DNA of 63,644 bases, counting the filler, from Chiloscyllium plagiosum (taxonomy: Eukaryota): the NCBI RefSeq assembly GCF_004010195.1. It is 3 parts of one record of this genome, joined end to end, with 100 filler letters (N's around TTAATTAATTAA, not from the genome) between each part and the next. Parts side by side here need not be neighbours in the genome. Positions count along the whole stretch, not along the records: positions 1 to 31,615 come from NC_057712.1; 2 more parts are not named here. The stretch is one strand, 5' to 3'. The first letter of the stretch is position 1, and the number at the start of each line of letters is the position of its first letter. Shown here in pieces: positions 1 through 12,610 of this stretch. The notes beneath the pieces are model-generated. The model did not search any database. It had not been told where the DNA came from and saw only the letters and a program-made list of their open reading frames with translations. Position numbers and translations under genes: made by a program.

Positions 1-245
1 AGTCATCCAGCATTCCCTATAGTTACCAGCCTTCCCTTTCACCCTGACAGGAATATACTTTCTCTGGATTCTTGTTATCTCATTTCTGAAGGCTTCCCAT
101 TTTCCAGCCGTCCCTTTACCTGCGAACATCTGCCTCCAATCAGCTTTTGAAAGTTCTTGCTTAATACCGTCAAAATTGGCCTTTCTCCAATTTAGAACTT
201 CAACTTTTAGATCTGGTCTATCCTTTTCCATCACTATTTTAAAGT
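1..245 (-). mobile_element. CR1 LINE ORF2 fragment, region between endonuclease and RT
   Basis: Minus-strand translation gives KVEVLNWRKANF and KYIPVRVKGKAGNYRECWMT, typical CR1 ORF2 motifs. Confidence 0.8.
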
Positions 246-380
246 CCTTTGCTCCTCCCTCGCACCTCTCGGCAAATGGAGACCCGACTCCTGAAGTAAG
301 TCCCTTTTAATGCGGAAAAACTCAGCCTTCCTGGCAGCCCTCGCTTCACCTCCTTCTCTCCTCGCCACTCTGGCAAAATG

Positions 381-1803
381 GAATCTTTGTGGCATCCTTA
401 AACACAGGTGAGATACCGGAGGACTGGAAGGTTGCTCATGTTGTCCCCCTGTTCAAGAAGGGTAGTAGGGATATTCTGGGTAACTACAGACCAGTGAGCC
501 TTATGTCGGTGGTGGGGAAGTTGCTGGAGAGGGTACTTAGTGCGGGGGAGATTGTGCCTTACCAACGTAATAGAAATTCTTTGAGGAAGTGACCTAGTTG
601 ATAGATGAAGGAAGGGCTGTTGATGTCATATACATGGACTTTAGTAAGGCGTTTGATAAGGTTCCCCATTGTAGACTATTAGAGAAAGTGAAGTCACAAG
701 CTGAGCAGGATGTTCTAGCTCGGTGGATAAAGAACTGGTTGAGCAACAGGAGACAGAGAGTTGTAGTTGAAGGGAGTTTCTCGAAATGGAGAAAGGTGAC
801 CAGTGGTGTTCCACAGGGGTCAGTATTGGGGCCATTGTTGTTTGTAATATACATAAATGATCTAGAAGAGGGCACTGTTGGTATGATCAGCAAATTTGCA
901 GATGACACAAAGATTGGTGGAGTAGCAGAAAGCATAAGGGACTGTCAGAGAATATGGGAGGATATAGATAGACTGGAGAGTTAGGCGGAAAAGTGGCAGA
1001 TGGTTTTCATTCCAGACAAATGTGAGGTGATGCATTTAGGCAAGACTAATTCTAGAGCGAATTATACACTGAATGGAAGAGCCTTGGGAAAAGTTGATGG
1101 GCAGAGAGATGTGGGAGTGCAGGTCCATTGTATCCTGAAGGTTGCTGCACAGGTGGATAGAATGGTCAAGAAGGCATATAGTATGCTTGCCTTCATTGGA
1201 CGGGGTATTGAGTATAAGAGCTGGCAAGTCATGTTAAAATTGTACAAGACATTGGTTCGGCCACATTTAGAATACTGTACACAGTTCTTGTCGCCACATT
1301 ACCAAAAGGATGTGGACGCTTTGGAGAGGGTGCAGAGAAGGTTTACGAGGATGTTGTTTGAATGTAAGGTGCTAGCTATGAAGAGAGGTTGAGTAGGTTA
1401 GATTTATTTTTACACTAGAAAAAAGGAGATTGTGGGGCGACCTGATTGACGTTTACAAAATCATGAAGGGTGGATAGAGACAAGCTTTTTCCCAGGGTGA
1501 AGGGTTCAATAATGAGAGGTCAAGCTTTCAAAGTGAGAGGTGGAAAGTTTAAGGGGGATACACACGGCAAGTACTTTACACAGAGGTGGTGGGCGTTTGG
1601 AACACGTTGCCAGCAGAGGTGGTAGAGGCAGGCAAGGTAGATTCATTTAAGATGTGTCTGGACAGATGCATAAGTAGGTGGGGAGCAGACGGATACAAAT
1701 GCTTAGGAATTGACCAACAGGTTTAGACAGTACATTTGGATCATCTCAGGCTTAGAGGTCCAAAGGGCCTGTTCCTGGGCTGTAAATTTTCTTTGTTCTT
1801 TGT
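381..1803 (+). mobile_element. 5'-truncated CR1 LINE (RT domain to 3' tail), with stops and a deletion
   Basis: [57 protein letters not shown]; ends in a ttctttgt-type tail. Confidence 0.93.
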
Positions 1804-2462
1804 ATTTTTCAGCTCATTCTCGCATACCTCCCCATGTGATAGTAAAAACTCTTCCAGGTCATTTCAATTTTACCCTGGAAGGTAATTCAATAACTTATCC
1901 CAATATTTGAGAGCTTCCTCATTGTCCAATCTAATTTGAGGATTGTCCAATTCAGAATCCTCAGAACTTGATTTTTCATTATGTGTTGTTACCAGTAACA
2001 CATTCTCCTTTTGCTTTCCTTCCCTATCAAAATATCCTTTCAGCATATTCACATGACACATTCTGAGATTTATTTCTATCTGGAATCTTTGTCAAATAAT
2101 TTACTTCACTCAATCCCCTCTTGATTTGATAAGGTCCACTAAACGTTGGTATTATTGGAATTAACACTAACACTTTATCTCCTTTAGTAAAATTGCAAAT
2201 TTTTGATTTCTTGTCTGCTTCCTGTTTCATTATACACCGTGATACTTTTAAATGCTGTAAAGCCAATTTCCCTGCACTATTTAATCGTTCCCTCAAATTT
2301 GAAATATAGTCCAAATATGTGGTCTCTGAACTCTGATTCACCAACTTCTCCTGAATTAATTTCAGTAGTCCTCTCACCTCATACCCAAAAACTAATTCAA
2401 ATGGACTGAATTTAGTAGATTCATTTGGTGCATTCCTAATTGCAAAAAGTACAATTTTTTTT

Positions 2463-2778
2463 TTAGATTAGATTGCTTACAGTGTGGAAACAGGCCCTTC
2501 GGCCCAACAAGTCCACACTGATCCACTGAAACGCAAACCACCCAGACCCATTCCCCTATATTTACCCTTTCACCTAACACTACGGGCAATTTAGCCTCGC
2601 CAATTCACCTAACCTGCACATTTTTGGATTGTGGGAGGAAACTGGAGCACCCGGAGGAAACCCACGCAGACACGGGGAGAATGTGCAAACTCCACACAGA
2701 GTTGCCTGAGGCGGGAATTGAACCTGGGTCTCTGGCGCTGTGAGGCAGCGGTGCTAACCACTGTGCCACCATGCCGCC
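2463..2778 (-). mobile_element. HE1-type tRNA-derived V-SINE
   Basis: Reverse complement has GGTGGCACAGTGGTTAGC (A-box-like), GGTTCAATTCC (B-box-like), the V-domain GTGTGGAGTTTGCACATTCTCCCC and an (AATCT)n tail. Confidence 0.9.
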
Positions 2779-3169
2779 AATGGAATTCCCTTATCCCAAT
2801 CATCTGGATAGTCTTGACTATAAACCTCAAAATTTTCTTTAAAGTTTGATGCCACCATTCTAACTGGATGGTAAGCAATCGATTTGAATGGTTTTATTCC
2901 TAAACTATCCATAACTCCCCTAATTTTGTTGTAAATTTTGACCCTTGATCTGATTGGATGTCTGTGGGTAGTCTGTATCCAGTGAAAAGTTTGAGCATCT
3001 CTCCTACAATACTTTTAGCTGTGATATTGTGTAATGGAATGGCCTCTGGAAATCTAGTGGATATATCCATTATTGTCAACAAATACTGATTCCCACTTTT
3101 TGTTTCAGATAGGGGTCCCATGCAAGCAATTAAGACTTGTGAAAGGTTTTTCAAATGCAGGAATGGGTG

Positions 3170-3466
3170 TTAGATTAGATTAGATTCCCTACATTGTGGA
3201 AACAGGCCCTTCGGCTCAACAAGTCCACACCAACCCTCCAAAGAGTAACCCACCAAGACCCATTTCTCTCTGACTAATGCACCTAACACTAAGGGCAATT
3301 TAATCTGGCCAATTCACCTGAACTGCACATCTTTGGGACTGTGGGAGGAAACCCAAGCAGACACTGGGACAATGTGCAAACTCCAGACAGTCGCCCGAGT
3401 CTGGAATTGAACCCGGGTCCCTGGTGTTGTGAGGCAGCAGTGCTAACCACTGAGCTGCCATGCCGG
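3170..3466 (-). mobile_element. HE1-type V-SINE
   Basis: Same head, V-domain and (AATCT)n tail; inserted in the Gypsy integrase. Confidence 0.9.
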
Positions 3467-3629
3467 TATTAAAGGTGCTGGTTTTATCATTGCCTGAGGT
3501 TTTCCAATTACCTGACATTTATGATACATCTGGCAAAAGTCAACTACATTCTTAGTCCAGGCCAGTAAAATCTTTCTGTATTTTGGCTTGAGCCTTTTTT
3601 ACCCCTAAATGACCTCTTAATAATTCATG

Positions 3630-3820
3630 AGGAGAAAGTGAGGTCTGCAGATGCTGGAGATCAGAGCCGGAGATGTGTTGCTGGAAAAGCGCAGCAGGTC
3701 AAGCAGCATCCAGGGAACAGGAGAATCCTGAAGAAGGGCTTATGCCCGAAACATCGATTCTCCTGTTCCCTGGATGCTGCCTGACCTGCTGCGCTTTTCC
3801 AGCAACACATCTCCGGCTCT
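3630..3820 (+). mobile_element. PLE-derived fold-back element with a hammerhead ribozyme core in its loop
   Basis: 65-bp inverted arms (3663-3727 / 3756-3820) enclose CTGAAGA-AGGGCTTATGCCC-GAAACATC. Direct repeat ctcttaataattcatg at 3614-3629 and 3817-3832. Confidence 0.8.
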
Positions 3821-4380
3821 TAATAATTCATGTGCTACCCCAACACCTCCTTTCTCTAACCCACTGGCAATATAACTTGATGAACTCTGTATATTTCTCA
3901 TCCCCCTGAATATGTGATCATCTCCATTTCCTCATCAAGACTTCATTTTTATGATAGTAACATTCTGAATGCTTTTCATGTTTCTGTTGTAACTCAGTTA
4001 ATTTCTCAGAACTAAAAATATTCACTTTGTCAACAATTCGATCAAACATGGTCTCTGATAATTCTCCTTCAACTTTGTTATCTTTATTCTTTGATTTCTC
4101 CTCCTGCTTCAACTCTGTGATGTTGTTATCACGCAGTCAGGAAAAATCCCAGGATATACTACCTGTGATATTTTAGTGACCTGATTTTCCACTGGCTTTT
4201 CGATCACAGTAGGCAGCATTCCTACCTTTGATCCAGCTGTATCATTACCACGGCCAAATTGGCTCCAGGAATACTAGATTTTCCCCAATACTCTTATTAC
4301 CACTTCTCCATTTTTTATTGGACACTCCATCCTCTCATTACATAATGGAGCAATTATTGTTTCAGCATCAGTTCCACATA

Positions 4381-4461
4381 GCCGAAGATGTGCTGCCGGA
4401 AAAGCGCAGCAGGCCAGGCAGCATCCAGGGAACAGGAGAATCGACGCTTCGGGCACAAGCT
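4381..4461 (-). mobile_element. Short PLE terminal-repeat insertion with a partial hammerhead motif
   Basis: Same arm sequence as 3630-3820; flanked by a 15-bp duplication catcagttccacata (4366-4380 / 4462-4476). Confidence 0.75.
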
Positions 4462-5884
4462 CATCAGTTCCACATACCAGCACATTTTCTAGCAATAGTC
4501 CTCCTGAATTACTTATCTCTTCATCTTTCAATATCAAAGACTGACATGATCCCATACAGGTCATTCTGCATTAACACATTTCATCAACGCATATTGGCTG
4601 CAATGTGACTGACAAAAAGGGGAAGTTGCTTCTAAAGCATGAACTTTTAAAAAGTGTGTTGGCTACAATATGATTGCATCACCAACACTTTAAAAGCTAT
4701 TTTTATTGCACAAATTTTACGTTATGCAGGAACGCACAAGAACACAACCATCACTTTAAAGAAGAACTACTTGTAGCTCTTAAAACTGTAACTTCTTTGC
4801 TTACTCCTTCTGGCCTATGCATGTAAACCTTACCTTCACAAGTAAATGGTTTAAGATGGTCTGGTATTTCCTTCTCAACCAACCTCTGACCAGGTTGTAC
4901 ATTCCGGTGCAACTTTTTAGCCTCCACAGTGCTTTCCTTACCACTTCACCAAAATTCATTGGCTTATCCTGTTTTCCCATATCCATCTTTCCACTGCTTT
5001 TTCTGAACCACCAACACTGTGTGAATTCATGTGGTCTACTGTATTGCAGTGAAAACACCTGAGCTTTCCCCTTCATGTGTTTACTTTTTATCCTGTGGTA
5101 AGTTATCTTTATTATCTTCACTGAGATCTACTTTTCCCTTACCACCTGAGGATATCCCTTTTACCCAATTTCTATCCCTCACTGATTGAAATTGATGTCA
5201 GAAGACAAATTTTGATTTATGAGCCAACTCATAATCATAACCATTTCAGCTGCTTATCTTGCTATTTTAAATCTCTGCTCTTCCACATGACTTCTCACTA
5301 CCTCAGAAAGTGTATTTTTGAACTCTTACAAAATAATCATCTCTCTAAGTGCGTCATATATTTGATCTATTTTTAATGCTGTTATCCACATATCAAAATT
5401 ACTTTGTTTGATCCTTTCAAACTCAATGTATGTTTGACAAGGAGCCCTCCTTCGATTCAGTGAAACATTGTCTGCAGGCCTCTGTCCGCAATCTTATGCA
5501 CATAAGATGGCTTTCTTCACCTCCTCATACTCCTAAGATATCTCCCCTGATAATGATGAAATAACTCACTAGCAGGAGTTGGTCATGTGATGATGTTGTC
5601 ACTTTAAAAAGTTTAACTTGTCTTGAGTTTTTTTTGAAGACAGGATGTAAAGGCATAGGTGCCAAAGTATCTAGGTTTAAGAGGCCTTTGGTTTTTTTTA
5701 AAGAACAGTTTGACAATATGAGGGAAGTGTCCAGTTCTCCCAGTTCGTGTGTTCTCGCAGTCAAAAGATGTTTGAATCCTAGAAGGGTTTCAAGCTTCAG
5801 TAAAGGATACCAAAGTGATTTTCTCTTAAATCTTTCTTGTTCTCTCTTGCAAACCAAATGCAAGGAGCATCATGAACACTTCCA

Positions 5885-6085
5885 GCAGTAGAAAACTGGT
5901 GAGTGACCCCAACTGGCCTGTTGGGCAATTATCGTAGATGCACTGGTGTTAGCACACCCATTTAGTGCCCTCAATGTTTTGTGTTGATAAACACATTGAG
6001 TTAGACCCCATCTACCACCCCCTGAGAAAAAGAACTTGAAATGACATCACCACAGGAAATTACATCACATGAAATTACATCACCA
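5885..6085 (+). mobile_element. Penelope-like element 3' fragment (family 2)
   Basis: ataaacacattgagttagaccccatctaccaccccctgag (NKHIELDPIYHPL) is shared with the copies at 13813-14356 and 47315-48722. Confidence 0.65.
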
Positions 6086-6087
6086 AC

Positions 6088-7630
6088 CCAACGTCAATTT
6101 TCCTGCTCCTTGGATGCTGCCTGACCTGCTGTGCCTTTCCAGCACCACAGTCTTGATTCTGATCTCCAGCATCTGCAGTCCTCAATTTCTCCTGGTTGAT
6201 TTCAGCACCACTGTGAAGCTTCTACCAAGGAATACCTGCCTTGAAGACGTTTTCCTCCTCTCTCTATAAGCATCTGAGTGAGTCCCTCTCTTACTGCACC
6301 CCCTAGGTTATCTCCTCTTCCCTGAAGCTCTTCAGTCACGTCCTGAAGCAGATTCACTACCACAGCCAAATCACCTTCCTCAGTGTCTGCCTATGGGACT
6401 GACTGATCCTGCATTGACTCAGGACTACATTCAGACCAACCCAATTTGGATCTAAACAGGACAATCAGTATGGACTACAAATCTGAAATCTTCAGAACTC
6501 TGTCTCCAAAAATGCCGTCCCTTAGTCACAATTCCTCTGCCTCTGCCATATCTGTTCCATGACGACCAATTCCACCAGAGAAAATCCCAGGTGGCCTCCT
6601 TCTTCAAAGACAACAATTTCCCCTCCCAGGTGGTCAACGATGCTCTCCAGTGCATCTCCTCCATTTCTTGCACCTCCCTCCTTGAACCCTATCCCTCCCA
6701 ACACAACAAGGACAGAACCCCCCCCCGGTCCTCATCTTCCACCCCGCCAACCTCTGTATACATCACATCGTCCTCCACCACTTCCATCACCTACAAACAG
6801 ACCCCACCACGAGGGATATATTTCCCTCCCTACCCCTATCAGCATTCCCCCTGCGATTCCCTTGTCAGATCCACGCCCCCGCCACCCGCCCACTCCCCAC
6901 TTCCGGCACCTTCCCCTGCCACCACAGAAAGTGCAATACCTGCGCCCACACCTCCCCCCTCACCTCCATCCAAAGCCTCAAAAGATCCTTCCACATTCAA
7001 TAGAAATTTACCTGTACCTCCACCAATGTCACCTACTGTATCCATTGCACACAATGTGGTTTCTCTACATTGGGAAGACAGGACACCAACTTGTGGATTG
7101 TTTCAGAGAACACCCCTGGGACACCCACACCAATCAACCCCACCGCCTCATGGCTGAACACTTCAACTCCCCTCCCACTCCACCAAGCATTTGCAGGTAC
7201 TGGGCCTCATCCATCGCCAAACTCTAACCACCCAATGTCTGGATTAAGAACACCTCATCTTCCGTCTTGGGATCTGCAACCAAATGGGATTAATGTGGAT
7301 TTCACCAGTTTTCTCATTTCCCCTCACCCAACCTTATCCCAGTCCCAAACATCCAACTCAGCACTGGCCTCTTGGCCTGTCCATCGTTTTTCCCATCTAT
7401 CCGCTCCACCCTCCTCTCCAACCTATCACCTTCTCCACCACCTTCATTTATCAATTGCATTCTCAGCTACCTTCCCCCCAGCCCTATCCTCCTCCCATTT
7501 ATCTCTCAGCTCCCCCTGGCCCACAGGCCTCATTCCTGATGAAGACCTTATGCCTGAAACATCAATTATCCTGATCCTCAGATCCTGCCTGACCTGCTGT
7601 GCTTTTCCAGCACCACATTCTCGACTCTGC
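6088..7630 (+). mobile_element. Penelope-like element (family 1), internally deleted, with a GIY-YIG endonuclease remnant and direct terminal repeats
   Basis: Translation near 7010-7110 gives CTSTNVTYCIHCTQCGFLYIGKTGHQLVDCFREH (GIY-YIG). The same terminal repeat occurs at 6090-6195 and 7560-7630, and a hammerhead core CTGATGA..GAAAC lies at 7536-7560. Confidence 0.85.
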
Positions 7631-7908
7631 GCCAAACATAAGTCAGGGTGGCATGCTCTGAGAGAAAGAAGTTCCTCATCTCTGTCTTGAATGAGCTACC
7701 CCTTATTTTTTGATTATGACATCCAATTCTGGCCTCTACAATTAGAGGAAGCATTTCTTTCCACCTGCACCTGGTCAGGTCCTGTCAGGATCTTATCTGC
7801 TATAATTAAGTCATCTCTGACTGTTTTAAGCTCTGCAGGATGCAGGACTAGCCTGCCTAGTCTTTCCTTTTTCGGCAATCTGCACATTCCGATTATTAGT
7901 CTAGTAAC

Positions 7909-8224
7909 GGGGCGGCACGGTGGCTCAGTGGTTAGCACTGCTGCCTCACAACCCCAGGAACCCAAGTTCGATTCCGGCCTTATGCAACTGTCTGTGTGGA
8001 GTTTGCACATTCTCCCTCTGTCTACGTGGGTTTCCTTCGGTTGCTCTGGTTTCCTCCCACAGTCCAAAGATGGGCAGGTCAGGTGAATTAGCCATTCTAA
8101 ATTGCCCATAGTTTTAGGTGCATTAGACAGAGGGAAATGAGTCTGGGTGGGTTACTCTTCAGAGGGTCTGTGTGGACTTGTTGGGCCAAAGGGCCTGTTC
8201 CCACATTGTAGGGAATCTAATCTA
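7909..8224 (+). mobile_element. HE1-type V-SINE
   Basis: GGGGCGGCACGGTGGCTCAGTGGTTAGC head, GTTCGATTCC B-box, V-domain, AATCTAATCT tail. Confidence 0.9.
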
Positions 8225-8484
8225 GGCTTCCAAATATTAATGCAAGTATGGTGGTCAGTACTGTACATAGCACTCGAGATATAGTCTTACAAAAATACTG
8301 TATAACTGAAGCATTACCTCCCTACTTTTACCTTCAATTCCCCTCAGAGTAAAACATAGCACTCTATTAGCCTTCCTGATTACTTGCTACACCTTCTGCG
8401 ATTTGTATACTGGGATTCCCAGATTTCTTTGCATGTCAGAGCTCTTCAGTCTCACTATTTAGATAATATGTTTCTTTATAATTC

Positions 8485-9305
8485 ATATGTACCAATGGGC
8501 TGAGGAACAGCAGACTGAATTTAATTTAGATAAATGTGAGGTATTCCATTTTGGTAAGGCAAAATACGGCAGGACTTATCCAATTCATGGTAGGGCTTTG
8601 GTGACGGTTACCGAACTAAGAAACCTATGTGCTTTTCCACCACCACACTCTCGGCTAGGGGTGCACGTGCAAGATTCCTTGAAATTGAAGTCGCAGGTAT
8701 ACAGAGTGGTGAAGGTGTGTGGCCTCCTTATCATCATTGGTCTAAATATCAAGTTTAGAAGTTGGGACAGAACATCGGTGAACCCACTTTTAGGGTACTG
8801 TGTGCACTTCTGGTCACCCTTGTATAGGGCAAATGTTGTTGAACTCAAGAAGATGCAGAAAATATTTATAAGGAGGTTGCTTCAAATGGAGGGTTTGAGT
8901 TATCAGCTGAGGCCGAATAGGTTGGGTTATTTTCCTTGGAGCATCAGAGGCTGTGGGGTGACCTTATAATGGTCTATGGAATCAGAAGCGTCATAGATAA
9001 GTTGAATAGCCAAAGTTTCTTTTTCTGAGAGTAGATGAGTCCAAAACCAGAAGACATAAGTTTAATGTGAGATGGAAAAGATGTAAAAAGGACCTCTCAC
9101 ACAGAGGATAGTGCACATATAGAACAAGCTGCAAGAGGAAGTGGTGGAAGCGAGTACAATTACAACATTTAAAAGGCATCTGGATGGGTATATGGATAGG
9201 GGGATAGGGGCCAAATGCTGGCAAATGAGATTAGGTCTAATTGGGACATCTGGTCTGTACGGACAAGTTGGACCGAAGGGTCTATTTCCACGCTGTATGA
9301 CTCTA
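8485..9305 (+). mobile_element. CR1 LINE 3' fragment
   Basis: EFNLDKCEVFHFGK, YCVHFWSP, CR1 3' UTR; contains a ~25-bp PLE-arm snippet near 8630-8655. Confidence 0.85.
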
Positions 9306-10224
9306 TTTAAATTTTAATGTGATTTTCATTTGGTTAACAAATGTACAGTATAGTTTTCCAGTTCTTGGAAGGCTCCTATAGCCTTACAGTTAGAATTTAC
9401 AGCAATCTTCCTCAATTGAAAAGCACACTATTATTATGATGTTAAAGGTGTGTACTGCAAATGGCAGGAGGCTATTCAGTCCCAAACCCATATATCTCAG
9501 CACTGTCACTTTTCTTTTCACTGAGCTTGATAGTGTTTTTGGTGGTGATGCCACCAGACTTTCACTTGCCTTTGTATGGTGATGTATCATAACTCCTAAA
9601 TGCCTTTAATCTAATTTTAAGAATTTATCCCCTTGTTTTGAACTCTCCAAAAATAAGTAATAATTTCCCTTTATATACTTGGTCAGTTCCATTAACCAGT
9701 TTAAACCTCTCAATCCCTTAATGGTCTACATTCAAGGGTATAAAGGTTTAGAGCATACATATTGTCCTCTGTCATGTAGGGATCATATGTTTCTGCTGAA
9801 CATTCTTCAAGGCCTATATTCTTTTACTGAGATGTGGTGCCTGGATCTGAACATGTGATTGAAAAAAGGCTTGAAGTAGAGCTCAGTACAGCTGTAGCAC
9901 TGTTGCCAATCCTTTCCATTCCAGTCACCATTCTATTAGCCTTCTCAATTTTTGTTTTTGCATCTATTGTAGCTCGGTACAAGATATACTTCAGCTATTT
10001 CCAACCCAGGCACTTGAATCTTCCTTTTGAATCAATTGTTTATAGTTCCTCACTATTTAGGAAATAAATTTCGAGAATGCAGGAGAGACCCCTCAGCCCG
10101 TCAGGTCTGTGCTGCCAAATACATACCTGCACTAGTTCCACTTACCCACACGAGACCCATTGCCTTGAATGTAAAACTTCCTGCAACAAGTCTGAATGAC
10201 ACTGCCAGTGGCACTGATCTCCAT

Positions 10225-11350
10225 AATCATGAAGTGATTTGACAGGCAGGTCATGCCCCACATGAACTCCAGCATCCCAGCCTGCCTTGATCCCCTGCAA
10301 TTTGTCTACTGGAGAAACAGGTCCACAGCAGATGACATTTCCCTAGCCCTACACTCATCTCTGGGACAGTTGAATAACACAGACACCTATGTCAGCCTCC
10401 TATTCATCAACTACAGCTGCATCTTCAATACCATAATCCGTTCTAGACTAATCTCAAAACTCCGAGACCTAGGTCTCAGCTCCACCCACTTCAATATTCA
10501 ATTGGATCCTCATCTACCTGACCCACGGACTGCAATCAGTGAAGGTTGAGAACAGCATCTCCTCCACAACAATCCTCAACACTGGCGGCTAGCAAGGATG
10601 CATTGTCAGGCCCCTACTGTACCTCCTGTACACCTATGACTGTGTAGCTAGATTTCGAATGAACGCCACCTAAGGATTTCCTAACAACACCCCTGATATC
10701 AAACAATGATGAGTCAGAATACTGGAAAGAGATAGAGAGCTTGGTGCAATGACATGGTGCAATGACAACAACCTCTGTCTCAATGCCGACAGAACAAAAG
10801 AACTAATCATTAACTTCAGGATAAAAGAAAGAGAACATGCCCTATCTACATCAATGGAGCTGAGTTGGAGAGGTTCAGGAGTGTCAAGTTCCTTGGAGTG
10901 ACAACAACCAATAATCTGCCCTGGATCTCCCACGCAGATGTGACCGTCAAGAAGGCACAATAACGCCTTTTCTTCCTCAGGCAGCTTTGGAAATTTGGCA
11001 TGTTCGTAAGAACCGTCACTAACTTCTACAAATGCACCACTGAAAGCATTCTACCAGATGTATAATGGCCTGGTATGGCAACTGCCCTGCACAGGACCGT
11101 AAAGAATTACAGAAGGTTATGTGCACAGCCCAGACCATCACAGAAGCCAACCACCCATTCATGGACTTTATTTACACTTCTCACTGCTGCAGAAAGGCTG
11201 CCAATATCATTAAAGACCCCTGCCATCCCAGTAATGCTCTCCTACAACCTCTTTCATCAGGCAGAAGATGCAGAAGGTTGAACACACACATCAACAAGTT
11301 CAAGAACAACTTCTCTACCATTATTAGACTGCTGAATGGATGTCTGTAAC
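10225..11350 (+). mobile_element. Rex1/Babar-clade non-LTR retrotransposon, decayed RT and 3' end
   Basis: LDPLQFVYWRNRSTADDISLALHSSL..DTYVSLLFINYSCIFNTII and AWYGNC...AANIIKDPCHP are Rex1-type motifs. Confidence 0.85.
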
Positions 11351-12387
11351 CTCAAACAATGTGAATTTTGCTAATGGCGATCTTGTTTTGTGCATCTCCT
11401 GTATATATTTCTTGTATTTCTCTGTCTAAGCACCCTTTGACCTGTATGTTCTTGTTTGCTATGATCTGCCTGTTGTGTCAACAATAAATAAATGATAAAC
11501 TTATAGTGCTCATCTAAGTACTTTTTAAACATTGTGAGGTTTTGCACCTTAAGTGTTCTCTTAGACAGTGCATTTCAAGCCCCATCACTCTCGGGATGAA
11601 ACAGATTTTCATCAGATTCCTTCTAAACTTCCTGCCTTTCACTTTAAATGTGTACCCCCTTGTTCTTGATCATTCAACAAAGATTGAAGGGGTTTATGCT
11701 GCATGAAGGAAATCTCCTCCATCTGATTTGAAACAGCATCAGCTTGTTAACAGCCTTTCCTATTATCACTGTGTTGGTGACCTTAGCCCAGTCTTCCAAG
11801 GTTGAAGAGTTTCAAGTGGCTTGTGCCCAGTAGATGCATTACATGTTACAGGTTGCAAGATGAAACATCAGGAAATAGAATTCACAAATACTGTGATCTA
11901 TTTTCCTGAACTTAATTAACATAATAAAAAATGTGATCATAGTATTGCAACTTTTGTACACATCAGTTCTGCATACTATGCCATCTTAAATTATGTTGTT
12001 GGCAAACCCAGCTCCCTATTTCTGCATTGAGACCTTTACGAAGGTAAGAGCGAAGATTATGTTCAAAAAGGCGAGCAAGGTAGAGAGATGGAGATATTCA
12101 TGGAGGTGAATAGGATGGGTTTTGGCCCTTGGTCACTGAAAACAGTGGAAATAAGTGTGCACTAGAGATTAGAATTAGAATATTGCAGTGATATCAAGCA
12201 GGGGGGAAGCCACGGAGGGATTCAATTCCATTGAGGTGGAAGGAAGGAGACTTCAATCTCCCCATGATCAGTATAGTGAGGGAGTTGAATTGTAAAAATT
12301 TGGCAACACAGCCAAACCTGTTAAGAGCATATCTAGTTCTGGGTTGAACTGAGGTGAACTAGGGGAATTACCTACTGTTGGGAAGTA

Positions 12388-12610
12388 GTTTCCTCCCACA
12401 GTCCAAAGGTGTGCAGGTTAATTGGACTGGCCAAGCTAAATTGCCCATAGTGTCCAGGGATGTGCAATCTAATTGGGGTAGCCATGGGAAATGTAGGGTT
12501 ACAGAAATAGATGGGGGTTTTGGGTGGGATGCTCTTCAGAGGCTCAGTGTGGACTGAATGGCCTGCTTGGATGGCCTGATGGCCTGAACTGTATGGATTC
12601 TATGATTCTT
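12388..12610 (+). mobile_element. 5'-truncated HE1-type SINE
   Basis: tttcctcccacagtccaaag..gctaaattgcccatagtg body and an ATTCT-type tail. Confidence 0.75.

Larger units (their letters stand above)
1805..5850 (-). mobile_element. Decayed Gypsy LTR retrotransposon internal region, Gmr1-like (gag/SCAN-like, protease, integrase), with nested SINE and PLE insertions
   Basis: Minus strand: capsid/SCAN-like LREMIIL*EFKNTLSEVVRSHVEEQ (~5220-5400); CFHCN knuckle (~5050); protease-like GSCQSLIL (~4550); integrase zinc region GHLGVKK..FYWPGL..C (~3510-3630); core GPLSETKSGNQYLLTIMDISTRFPEAIPL..IQSDQGS (2900-3154); FSGPYQI..CHVNMLKGY (~2040-2150). Confidence 0.85.

Noticed and set aside
6559..7227. 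222-aa proline-rich ORF
   Set aside because: Off-frame read of a C-rich, frameshifted Penelope ORF; not a host gene.
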